64,000 bases of DNA from positions 137,909 to 201,908 of the forward strand of contig JAHCRG010000006.1 of the NCBI GenBank assembly GCA_020148045.1. The letters are read 5' to 3'. Positions 52,644 to 60,994 of this stretch are shown here, one piece after another (the stretch's first letter is position 1; the number at the start of each line of letters is the position of its first letter). A program made the translations under genes and the position numbers. The stretch is from Patescibacteria group bacterium. GTDB taxonomy: Bacteria > Patescibacteriota > Minisyncoccia > Minisyncoccales > GWA2-38-27. Below the pieces are notes generated by a model. It saw only the letters and a list, made by a program, of their open reading frames with translations. It was not told where the DNA came from and did not search any database.

Positions 52644-52871
52644 ATGGTTAAAGTTTTTTCCACCCCAAGCTGTCCATACTGTGTTACTTTAAAAGAATTT
52701 TTGAAAGAGCATGATATTGAATTTGAAGATATTGATGTTTCTCAAGATAAAGTTGCTTTGGATGAGATGGTAAAAAAATCAGGCCAGATGGGAGTTCCAG
52801 TTGTGGATATAGATGGCCAGATTGTTATTGGCTTTGATAAGGAGAAAATCACTAAATTATTAAATCTATGA
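52644..52871 (+). CDS. Glutaredoxin/NrdH-like small redoxin
   Basis: 75 aa. KVFSTPSCPYC...GVPVVDIDG. Confidence 0.85.
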   Translation: MVKVFSTPSCPYCVTLKEFLKEHDIEFEDIDVSQDKVALDEMVKKSGQMGVPVVDIDGQIVIGFDKEKITKLLNL

Positions 52872-53833
52872 TAAAAATTGCTATAAATGGTTTCGGAAGA
52901 ATAGGTCGTCCTACATTCCGAAGAATTATTGACAATCATCCTGATTTGGAAGTTGTTGCTATTAATGATTTAACTGATAACAAAACATTGGCTCATCTTT
53001 TAAAATACGATTCTATATATGGAAGATATGATAAAGAGATTACTTGTGCTATGCTTGCTGAAGCAGAACCGGAGAAACTTCCATGGAAGAAATTAGAAGT
53101 TGATATTGTTTTAGAATGCACTGGTCGTTTTACTGATTTGCAAGGAGCTAAAAAACATATTAAAGCAGGCGCAAAAAAAGTAATAATTTCAGCTCCCGGA
53201 AAAGACCCAGAGATTCCGGGTTTTGTTTTGGGCGTTAATGAAGAGAAATTTGACCCTAAAAAAGATGAAATTATTGATATGGGCTCTTGCACTACTAATT
53301 GTTTGGCTCCGCTCGTAAAAGTTTTAAATGATAATTTTGAAATTAAAAATGGCTTTATGACCACTGTTCACAGCTATACCAATGACCAGAGAATATTGGA
53401 TTTACCTCACAAGGATTTAAGAAGAACCAGGGCCGCTGCTTTGAATATTATTCCAACTACTACTGGGGCTACCAAAGCAATTGGAAAGATTATCCCTGAA
53501 TTAGACGGGAAGTTGGATGGAATTGCTATAAGAGTTCCAACTCCAACAGTTTCAATTTTAGATTTAATCGTTGAAATAGAGAAATCAACAACTAAAGAGA
53601 AAGTTAATGCTGCATTTAAAAAAGCTGCTAACCAGCTTAAAGGGATTTTGAGAGTAGAAGAAGAGCCATTGGTTTCCACTGACTATATCGGCGACACTTA
53701 TTCAGCCATTGTTGACGCTTCTCAAACAATGGTTAAAGACAAGTTAATTAAAGTCCTTGGCTGGTATGATAATGAATATGGTTATGCCTGCCGTTTAGCA
53801 GAATTCACTGAATACGTAGGCAAGAAATTATAA
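52868..53833 (+). CDS. gap: Glyceraldehyde-3-phosphate dehydrogenase (compact, 321 aa)
   Basis: INGFGRIGR, SCTTNCLAP, WYDNEYGY. Confidence 0.92.
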   Translation: MIKIAINGFGRIGRPTFRRIIDNHPDLEVVAINDLTDNKTLAHLLKYDSIYGRYDKEITCAMLAEAEPEKLPWKKLEVDIVLECTGRFTDLQGAKKHIKAGAKKVIISAPGKDPEIPGFVLGVNEEKFDPKKDEIIDMGSCTTNCLAPLVKVLNDNFEIKNGFMTTVHSYTNDQRILDLPHKDLRRTRAAALNIIPTTTGATKAIGKIIPELDGKLDGIAIRVPTPTVSILDLIVEIEKSTTKEKVNAAFKKAANQLKGILRVEEEPLVSTDYIGDTYSAIVDASQTMVKDKLIKVLGWYDNEYGYACRLAEFTEYVGKKL

Positions 53834-53852
53834 TTATATAATTTAGAGAAGC

Positions 53853-53884
53853 AAAAAGGCCGAAACTTTCGTTTCGGCCTTTTT
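53853..53884. terminator. Bidirectional intrinsic terminator
   Basis: A5-ggccgaaac-tttc-gtttcggcc-T5. Confidence 0.85.
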
Positions 53885-53899
53885 GCTTCTTGCTCCTCT

Positions 53900-54076
53900 T
53901 TAGTCTTCTTTCTCTTCTTTTTTTTCTATTTTCTTTTTCTCTTCCACTTGCGGAAATCTCTTTTTAATATCTTTAGTAAGCCAATCACCGCTAAGTTTTT
54001 GGCTTCTTTTTATTATATCAGTGGTGGTATATTTTTCTTTGGTTTTATCTCTTTTTGGAAGATTTTTTAACATCAT
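53900..54076 (-). CDS. Possible 58-aa charged protein overlapping the 3' end of the protease gene (below the ORF-track cutoff)
   Basis: Hand translation gives MMLKNLPKRDKTKEKYTTTDIIKRSQKLSGDWLTKDIKKRFPQVEEKKKIEKKEEKED. I recognise no RBS. It ends just before the terminator. Confidence 0.3.
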   Translation of the reverse strand: MMLKNLPKRDKTKEKYTTTDIIKRSQKLSGDWLTKDIKKRFPQVEEKKKIEKKEEKED

Positions 54077-54902
54077 TTTTTTCTATATAAATTATTTTAA
54101 AGTAATATTTTTTAAATATTTCCTCAAAGTCTTTTTTGATTATTTTCCATTCTTTCAAAGACTCTAACTTTTCAACGGTCAGCTTGAGAGCATTTTTTGC
54201 TTCATTTAAAAATATAGAATATTCGTGCGCTGGATAATTATTAACAAAGGCTCTCGCTGTTCGAAGAGCTTTTTTGAAATCATTTTTCATCATTGCAGCC
54301 GATAATAAATCTATGGCATAAAATAAAGCTACTCTAAGTTCCCGATAACTCTTTTGAAGGTGATAAGGGTCAATTTGTTGAATAACTGGTTTAACAAATT
54401 CGGTTGCTATATGTAGAGCTAACTTAGCAGAATCAAGTCTTGATAATTTAATTTCGTTTTGACGAAGAAATTTATATCGGTCGTTTGCTATACTCTCTGA
54501 AAGATTAGATAGTGTCGTTATTATATTTTGGATATCAAGTGCAGATATCCTTGAACCATCTCTTGGGTGTTCCATAGGTAAATCCAAAGGACCAAGAGCA
54601 GCTTTGTCGCTCATATAAATTACATCTCCTCCTAATGCCATTAAAGTTCCCGCACTTTTTGCATAATTTGGAATAAGTATATAAATTTTTTGAAACCTCT
54701 TTCTCAAAAGAGTCATAATGGCAACTGCAGAAAAAGGATCTCCTCCATATGTTTGCAAAACCAAAAATAGCTTTTCACTTTGGTGATTTTTAATTTCTTT
54801 TTCAACTTCGTCTAAACAGGTTGAATCTATTTTTCTATTTTCATCTACTAAAAAAATTAAGTAGGAAGTTTTTGGCATCAATCTAATTATATCATAATCC
54901 AA
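54045..54902 (-). CDS. ClpP/crotonase-fold serine protease (SDH / SppA-like family)
   Basis: LVLQTYGGDPFSAVAIMTLL and NYAKSAGTLMALGGDVIYM match the serine dehydrogenase proteinase pattern. Confidence 0.65.
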   Translation of the reverse strand: MDYDIIRLMPKTSYLIFLVDENRKIDSTCLDEVEKEIKNHQSEKLFLVLQTYGGDPFSAVAIMTLLRKRFQKIYILIPNYAKSAGTLMALGGDVIYMSDKAALGPLDLPMEHPRDGSRISALDIQNIITTLSNLSESIANDRYKFLRQNEIKLSRLDSAKLALHIATEFVKPVIQQIDPYHLQKSYRELRVALFYAIDLLSAAMMKNDFKKALRTARAFVNNYPAHEYSIFLNEAKNALKLTVEKLESLKEWKIIKKDFEEIFKKYYFKIIYIEKNDVKKSSKKR

Positions 54903-54919
54903 AAATATTACAAATTTAC

Positions 54920-54948
54920 TTGACTTATCTTTTAAAGAACTTTATACT
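54920..54948 (+). promoter_or_regulatory. Sigma70-type promoter driving the structured RNA candidate
   Basis: TTGACT (54920-54925), 17 nt, TATACT (54943-54948). Confidence 0.6.
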
Positions 54949-54954
54949 GAAAGT

Positions 54955-55145
54955 AGCCTCCCAGAGGCAGCCCGTTAGAGCAACCGCAACATAGCGAGAA
55001 GCGGGGCAACGGCAATACGATGAAATAAGTGTAAAAATCCTTATAGTAGCAGTAGAGTTTGACTCTCAATTCGAGAAGATATACAACTAACTATTATAAG
55101 GGGCTTATTGAAGGAGATATGTGCTGGGAGGCTTTTCGTTTTTGG
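54955..55145 (+). ncRNA. Unclassified structured RNA candidate (approx 190 nt, multi-helix junction)
   Basis: P1 AGCCUCCCAG (54955-64) pairs with CUGGGAGGCU (55124-33), followed by UUUUCGUUUUU. Nested helices are GCCCGUU/AACGGC, CCGC/GCGG, the 11-bp CCUUAUAGUAG/CUAUUAUAAGG, and GAGU/ACUC. The segment is GC-enriched relative to its flanks and has no ORF. Confidence 0.55.
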
Positions 55146-55210
55146 AAAAATTCCATTACTTGAAACATTGGGCTATATGCCTTGAAGGGGGCTTTGAGGA
55201 GAGGCCTTGA

Positions 55211-55250
55211 CCATGCCAAAAATCGTCCGATCGGACGATTTTTGGCATGG
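55211..55250. terminator. Perfect 40-bp palindrome (strong hairpin) upstream of the acs promoter
   Basis: ccatgccaaaaatcgtccga|tcggacgatttttggcatgg, followed by gtacttttt. Confidence 0.65.
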
Positions 55251-55272
55251 GTACTTTTTCACAGAAAAACCT

Positions 55273-55300
55273 TTGTTAAATTTCTTCTACAGGGTATAAT
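55273..55300 (+). promoter_or_regulatory. acs promoter with leaderless geometry
   Basis: TTGTTA, 16 nt, TATAAT (55295-55300). The ATG lies 8 nt downstream and there is no SD. Confidence 0.5.
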
Positions 55301-55308
55301 AGAATAAC

Positions 55309-57231
55309 ATGATTAAAAAAGGCAATCTATATTATCCAAGCAAAGAATTTAAAAAAAAGGCCTGGGTTAATAATAAGGCAATTTATAAGAAAGCTAGCAG
55401 GAATCCAAAAAAGTTTTGGGAGGATTTAGCCAAAGATTTGCTTTGGTTTAAAAAATGGAGAAAAGTTTTTGTTCACAAGCCGCCATACTTTAAGTGGTTT
55501 GTAGACGGAAAACTCAATATTACTCAAAATGCTTTGGACAGAAATTTAGAGAAGAAGAAAAATAAAGTTGCTCTAATCTGGGAACCGGAGCCAATTAAGG
55601 AGAAATCAAGAGTTTTCACCTATTACGACCTGTTTAGAGAAGTTAACAAATTTGCCAATGTTTTGAAGAAATTAGGAGTGAAAAAGGGGAATAGGGTAGG
55701 AATTTATTTGCCAATGATTCCAGAAGTGGTAATTGCAATGTTGGCTTGCGCTCGTCTTGGAGCAGTTCATTCAGTTGTGTTCTCAGCTTTTAGTTCTCGG
55801 GCTTTGAACATAAGATTGCAAGATACTAAAGCAAAAATCTTAATAACAGCAGATGGTTATTTTCGGCGAGGTAAGGTTATTGATTTAAAGAAAAATGCTG
55901 ACGAAGGTATAAAGAAGACAGAGGTGAAAAAAGTTATTGTGGTAAAAAGAACAGGGAATCCAGTCAAGATAAAGAAAGGTCGTGATCTTTGGTGGCAGGA
56001 ATTAATTGAGAAGGAGAAAGACCAATGCGAGCCAGTACCAATGGATTCAGAAGACCTTTTGTTTGTGCTTTACACAAGCGGGAGTACGGGACGGCCCAAA
56101 GGCTGCGAACACGTCTGCGGTGGCTACACTGTCCAGGCCTATTGGACAGGCAAATGGATATTTGATTTGAAAGAGGATGATATTTTTTGGTGCACTTCAG
56201 ACCCTGGCTGGATAACAGGACATACCTACACAGTTTATTCTCCATTGCTTAACGGAGTAACAAGTCTGATGTATGAAGGCGTTCCGGATTACCCGACGCC
56301 TGATAGATGGGCTCAGATTATTGAAAAATACGGGGTGACGATTTTTTATACTGCGCCAACAGCCATCCGGATGTTTGAGAAATACGGAACAGGTTTAGTT
56401 AGAAAGCATAAATTTAAAACCTTGCGGCTTTTAGGTTCAGTAGGTGAGTGTATTGATCAAGCAGCGTGGCAGTGGTATTTTAAAGAAGTTGGAAAGGGAA
56501 AGCGTCCTTTGGTAGATACTTGGTGGCAGACGGAAACAGGCGGAATTTTAATTACTTCTTTACCCGGCCTCGGTCCCTTTAAGCCAACTTTCACCGGACT
56601 ACCTTTTCCGGGAATAAAAGCTGATATTTTAGATAGTAAGGGAAAATCACTGCCTCCTAACAAAGAAGGAAATTTGGTGATATTGCCTCCTTTCGCTCCC
56701 GGGCTTTTGCGAGGGGTCTATAAGAATCCAAAGAGATATTTAAAAACTTATTGGAGTCAATATGGTAAGAAAACTTATTTTACCAGCGATGGGGCTTATC
56801 GGGATAAGAAGGGACTAATAAGAATTATTGGCAGGGTTGATGATGTAATTAAAGTAGCAGGCCATAGGGTAACTACCGGTGAGTTAGAAAGTGCGATTGC
56901 TTTGCACAAAGATATCACAGAGTGCGCTGTGGTTGGCAAGACGGATGAAATAAAAGGAGAGGTTCCAATTGCTTTCGTGGTTTCCAAAACCAAAAAATCG
57001 TCAGAAGTGATAGCAAAAGAGGTAATTACTCAAGTGAGAAAAGAAATAGGACCGATTGCTTCGCCTAAAGAAGTTTATCTGGTTAAAGATTTACCAAAAA
57101 CCCGCAGCGGAAAAATTATGAGACGGATTTTAAGAAAATTATTTACCGGGGAAGAGTTGGGCGATTTGAGTACTTTAGCTAATCCTGAAAGCGTTGAGAA
57201 GATTAAAAAAATAATTCACCCGATTAAATAA
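55309..57231 (+). CDS. acs: Acetyl-CoA synthetase (AMP-forming)
   Basis: YTSGSTGRPKG, WWQTETGG, TRSGKIMRR. The length of 640 aa is typical. Confidence 0.93.
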   Translation: MIKKGNLYYPSKEFKKKAWVNNKAIYKKASRNPKKFWEDLAKDLLWFKKWRKVFVHKPPYFKWFVDGKLNITQNALDRNLEKKKNKVALIWEPEPIKEKSRVFTYYDLFREVNKFANVLKKLGVKKGNRVGIYLPMIPEVVIAMLACARLGAVHSVVFSAFSSRALNIRLQDTKAKILITADGYFRRGKVIDLKKNADEGIKKTEVKKVIVVKRTGNPVKIKKGRDLWWQELIEKEKDQCEPVPMDSEDLLFVLYTSGSTGRPKGCEHVCGGYTVQAYWTGKWIFDLKEDDIFWCTSDPGWITGHTYTVYSPLLNGVTSLMYEGVPDYPTPDRWAQIIEKYGVTIFYTAPTAIRMFEKYGTGLVRKHKFKTLRLLGSVGECIDQAAWQWYFKEVGKGKRPLVDTWWQTETGGILITSLPGLGPFKPTFTGLPFPGIKADILDSKGKSLPPNKEGNLVILPPFAPGLLRGVYKNPKRYLKTYWSQYGKKTYFTSDGAYRDKKGLIRIIGRVDDVIKVAGHRVTTGELESAIALHKDITECAVVGKTDEIKGEVPIAFVVSKTKKSSEVIAKEVITQVRKEIGPIASPKEVYLVKDLPKTRSGKIMRRILRKLFTGEELGDLSTLANPESVEKIKKIIHPIK

Positions 57232-57234
57232 AAA

Positions 57235-57789
57235 ATGAAAGTTCTTATTGCAATTGACAATAACTTTATAAGGGAAACCTATTCAGAGGTTTTTAAGACA
57301 GAAAATTTTGAGGTGTTAGAGACAAAAAAGGGAAAAGAGGCCCTGGCTTTGTCTAAGGAAGAAAAACCGGATATTGTTATAGCTGACATCGCTCTTTCAG
57401 AAATAGGAGGATTTAAATTATTAAAAACCCTCAAAGAAGAAACTTCAACTGAGAAAATCCCAGTAATTATTTTTGCTCAATTTGAAAAAAAAGAGGATAG
57501 GAGAAAAGCAATGGAATTGGAAGCCAAGGACTTTATTGCAGCTGCCAGCGTTTCCCCAGTTGAAGTAATTCGAAAAGTAAAAATTGCTTTAGGGAAACAA
57601 AGATCTTACCGTATATCTATGCCGAAGGACCTACATGATGCCAGAGAATTGATTACTGATTTAGGTTATAGTTATGATTTTAAATGTCCCAAATGCGGCT
57701 CTGATCTTTTGTTGTGTTTAATAAGAGACCTTTCAAAAGGTGAGAAATATTTTATATTATCTGTTATTTGTCCTGAATGTAATAAATGA
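57235..57789 (+). CDS. Orphan response-regulator receiver domain fused to a C-terminal zinc ribbon
   Basis: REC pattern (KVLIAIDNN, PDIVIADIAL, PVIIFA, K at the expected position). CPKC...CPEC at the C-terminus. Confidence 0.7.
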   Translation: MKVLIAIDNNFIRETYSEVFKTENFEVLETKKGKEALALSKEEKPDIVIADIALSEIGGFKLLKTLKEETSTEKIPVIIFAQFEKKEDRRKAMELEAKDFIAAASVSPVEVIRKVKIALGKQRSYRISMPKDLHDARELITDLGYSYDFKCPKCGSDLLLCLIRDLSKGEKYFILSVICPECNK

Positions 57790-57790
57790 T

Positions 57791-60166
57791 ATGCTAAGAA
57801 AATCTCAAAAAAATATTCTATGGCTTAATAAAATCGGTTTAAAAGATGTTCCCTTGGTGGGAGGAAAAAATGCTTCTTTGGGAGAGATGTATAGAGAGTT
57901 TTTTAAAAAAGGGGTTAATATTCCAGATGGCTTTGCTTTGACTACCAAAGCATATTGGAAGTTTTTAAAAGCAAATAAAATTGATAAAAAATTGAAAGAA
58001 ATTTTTAAAGAATTTGAGCCCAAGAGTTTAAAAAGTCTTCAAGCAACCGGGAAAAATGCTCGCGCTTCTATTTTAGAAGGAGAATTTCCCGATGATTTAA
58101 AAAGAGAGATTTTAAGAGCTTATCAAAAATTAGAGAAAAAATATGGTGAAAATCTTGCTGTTGCTGTTCGTTCTTCTGGGGTTTGCGAGGATATGCCCGA
58201 AGCTTCTTTTGCCGGCCAATTCGAAACTTTTTTAAATATTAAAGGAGAGGAAGAATTATTAAAGGCGATTAGAAAATGTTTAGCTTCAACATTTAATGAT
58301 AGGGTTATTGCTTATAGGGAAGAAAAGAAAATTCCTCATTTAAAATTTGCTCTTTCAGTTGGAATTATAAAAATGGTAAGGAGTGACTTGGCTTCATCCG
58401 GAGTAATTTTTACTTTAGATACCGAGACCGGTTTTCCTGATGTTGTTTTGATTAATTCTATTTGGGGGATAGGAGAAATGATTGTAAAAGGAAAAATTAC
58501 CCCTGATGAATTTTATGTTTTTAAATCGACTTTGGAAAAGGGGTTTAAATCAATAATTGTTAAAAATTTGGGAAGGAAGACAAAGAAATATATCTATAGC
58601 AGAAAAGGAGGATTAAAAGAGGTAACCGTTAGCCCTGCTAAACAATTAAAATTTTCTTTAACTGATAAAGAAATTTTAACTTTATCTCGCTGGGCAATTT
58701 TGATTGAGGAACTTTATTCAAAAAAATTCAAGAAGTGGATGCCCCAGGATATTGAATGGGCAAAAGACGGAAAAACCGGAGAGCTTTTTATTGTTCAGTC
58801 AAGACCAGAGACAGTTCATGCTTCGAAAACAGCAAAAACTTATGAGGAATATGAAATCAAAACTAAGAAAAAGCCAGTTTTAACTGGCATTGCTATTGGA
58901 GATAAAATCGGGTTCGGGAAAGCAAAAATAATTCCTGATGTTTCAAAAATTGACCAGTTTCAAAAAGGGGAAGTTTTAGTGACTAAAATGACTGACCCTG
59001 ATTGGGTTCCAATAATGCGTTTAGCTTCAGCAATTGTGACAGATGAAGGCGGAAAAACTTGTCATGCAGCAATAGTGGCAAGAGAACTAAACATTCCTAC
59101 TATTGTCGGGGCAAGAGAAGCTACAGAAAAACTGAAAACAGGGAATACAGTTACTGTTGATTGCACTCAAGGATTAAATGGCAGAGTTTTTGAAGGGAAA
59201 GTTCCTTTTGAAGTAAAGGAGTATAATTTAAGGAAGATACCTAAATTGAAAACAAAAATAATGCTCAATATTGGAGCGCCAGAAATAGCTTTTAAGACCT
59301 CTTTTCTACCAAACAATGGAGTCGGGTTAGCTAGAGAAGAATTTATAATTGCTGAAAAAATTCGGGTTCATCCTTTGGCGCTTTATCACTATAAAGATTT
59401 AAAAGATAAGAAGTTAAAGAAAAAAATTGCAAGAATAACAATTGAGCATAAAGATAAGAAAGAGTATTTTATAAAAGAATTGGCTGAAGGAATTGCTCAA
59501 ATAGGAGCTGCCTTTTACCCCAAAGAGGTAATTGTTAGGTTTTCTGATTTTAAAACAAATGAGTATAGAAATTTAATTGGAGGGGAGCTTTTTGAAAGAG
59601 AGGAAGCAAATCCAATGCTTGGATTCAGAGGAGCTTCCAGATATATTGATGAAAGTTTTCAGCCAGCTTTTAAAATGGAATGCCAGGCAATAAAAAGAGC
59701 AAGAAATATATTTGGATTGAAAAATATTTCAGTGATGGTGCCATTTTGTAGAACCGTGGAAGAGGGAGAAAAAGTAAAAAAACTAATAGAAAAGTTTGGG
59801 TTAAAAGAACTGAAGATTTATGTGATGTGTGAAATTCCATCTAATGTTATTTTAGCTGAAGATTTCTTGAGAATTTTTGACGGAATGAGTATTGGTTCAA
59901 ATGATTTAACCCAATTAGTTTTGGGTATTGATAGAGACAATGCCCAGATAGCTTATATCGGAGATGAAAGAAATGAAGCAGTAAAGCAGATGGTCAGTAA
60001 AGTTATTAAGCTTTGTCGGCAAAAGAAGAAATATTGCGGAATCTGCGGCCAGGCTCCAAGCGACCTACCAGAGTTTGCTAAATTTTTACAGAAAGAAGGC
60101 ATAGAAAGTATGTCTTTAAACCCTGACACTGTAATCAAAACAATTTTAAATTTGGCTAAATTATGA
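57791..60166 (+). CDS. ppsA: Phosphoenolpyruvate synthase
   Basis: Start at MLRKSQKN (57791). VGGKNASLGEM, phospho-His loop GGKTCHAAIVARE, PEP-utilising C-terminal domain (IGSNDLTQ). Confidence 0.9.
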   Translation: MLRKSQKNILWLNKIGLKDVPLVGGKNASLGEMYREFFKKGVNIPDGFALTTKAYWKFLKANKIDKKLKEIFKEFEPKSLKSLQATGKNARASILEGEFPDDLKREILRAYQKLEKKYGENLAVAVRSSGVCEDMPEASFAGQFETFLNIKGEEELLKAIRKCLASTFNDRVIAYREEKKIPHLKFALSVGIIKMVRSDLASSGVIFTLDTETGFPDVVLINSIWGIGEMIVKGKITPDEFYVFKSTLEKGFKSIIVKNLGRKTKKYIYSRKGGLKEVTVSPAKQLKFSLTDKEILTLSRWAILIEELYSKKFKKWMPQDIEWAKDGKTGELFIVQSRPETVHASKTAKTYEEYEIKTKKKPVLTGIAIGDKIGFGKAKIIPDVSKIDQFQKGEVLVTKMTDPDWVPIMRLASAIVTDEGGKTCHAAIVARELNIPTIVGAREATEKLKTGNTVTVDCTQGLNGRVFEGKVPFEVKEYNLRKIPKLKTKIMLNIGAPEIAFKTSFLPNNGVGLAREEFIIAEKIRVHPLALYHYKDLKDKKLKKKIARITIEHKDKKEYFIKELAEGIAQIGAAFYPKEVIVRFSDFKTNEYRNLIGGELFEREEANPMLGFRGASRYIDESFQPAFKMECQAIKRARNIFGLKNISVMVPFCRTVEEGEKVKKLIEKFGLKELKIYVMCEIPSNVILAEDFLRIFDGMSIGSNDLTQLVLGIDRDNAQIAYIGDERNEAVKQMVSKVIKLCRQKKKYCGICGQAPSDLPEFAKFLQKEGIESMSLNPDTVIKTILNLAKL

Positions 60167-60990
60167 AAAAACAAAAGGCATTCACTCTAATTGAAGTTTT
60201 AGTAGTTATTGCTATAATAGGTTTTTTAGCCAGTATTACTTTAGTATCTATAAAAGAAGCCAGAGAAAGGGCCAGGATTGCCAAGGGTCTTAACTTTGCT
60301 GCCCAAGTTCATCACGCTCTCGGAGCTTATGCAGTAGGAATTTGGGATTTTGATGATAATACATTTCCTACTCAGGATATAAGTGGTTATGAAAACCATG
60401 GTGATTGCACAAATTGCCCTATTTGGACCGCTGAGAAAGATACGCCAAGCAGAAAGGGTTATGCTTTGATCTTTGATGGTCAGAATGATTACCTTGATTG
60501 TGGAGATGCTAATTTATTAGGTGGGGGAAATCAATTTACCATAATGTATTGGGCAAGACCAGGTAGAGATTTAAAGGAAGAGTCATCTGTTTGGTATGGA
60601 GGTGTAACAGAATACACAGAATATTCGCTAGGTTGGCAGGGTTGGACAGATGGCATAACTGTAGATTTTTTAGATACTTCTGGAACCCGTCATTTTATGG
60701 ATACTTGGGATACTTATCTTTTAGAAGACCAATGGTATCATATAGTTGGGCTTTATGATGGTACTTATTTAAAAGTCCATATAAATGGAGAATTTATAAG
60801 GCAGGAAAATGAGGGTTCTCATACTGTCAGAACTACAACTAATGCTTTTAGAATTGGTTATGCTGGAGGAGTTTATTGGGATGGCACAATCGACGAAGTC
60901 CGCGTTTATGAAGAAGCCCTGACCTCAGCCCAAATCAAAAAACTCTATGTTGAAGGAGCGAGAAAACGGGGGTTATTAACTCAAGAATAA
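60163..60990 (+). CDS. Type IV pilin-like protein (prepilin N-terminal methylation motif) with a LamG/ConA-like lectin domain
   Basis: KAFTLIEVLVVIAIIGFLASI. The C-terminal GTIDEVRVYEEALTSAQIKKLY is typical of LamG domains. Confidence 0.8.
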   Translation: MKKQKAFTLIEVLVVIAIIGFLASITLVSIKEARERARIAKGLNFAAQVHHALGAYAVGIWDFDDNTFPTQDISGYENHGDCTNCPIWTAEKDTPSRKGYALIFDGQNDYLDCGDANLLGGGNQFTIMYWARPGRDLKEESSVWYGGVTEYTEYSLGWQGWTDGITVDFLDTSGTRHFMDTWDTYLLEDQWYHIVGLYDGTYLKVHINGEFIRQENEGSHTVRTTTNAFRIGYAGGVYWDGTIDEVRVYEEALTSAQIKKLYVEGARKRGLLTQE

Positions 60991-60994
60991 AAAT

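Noticed and set aside
54045-54080. A programmed +1 frameshift that would extend the SDH-like protease into the 58-aa frame.
   Set aside because: I see no recognisable slippery or stimulatory signal beyond A-runs that are common in this AT-rich genome. The second frame has its own ATGATG. It is reported only as a low-confidence small ORF.
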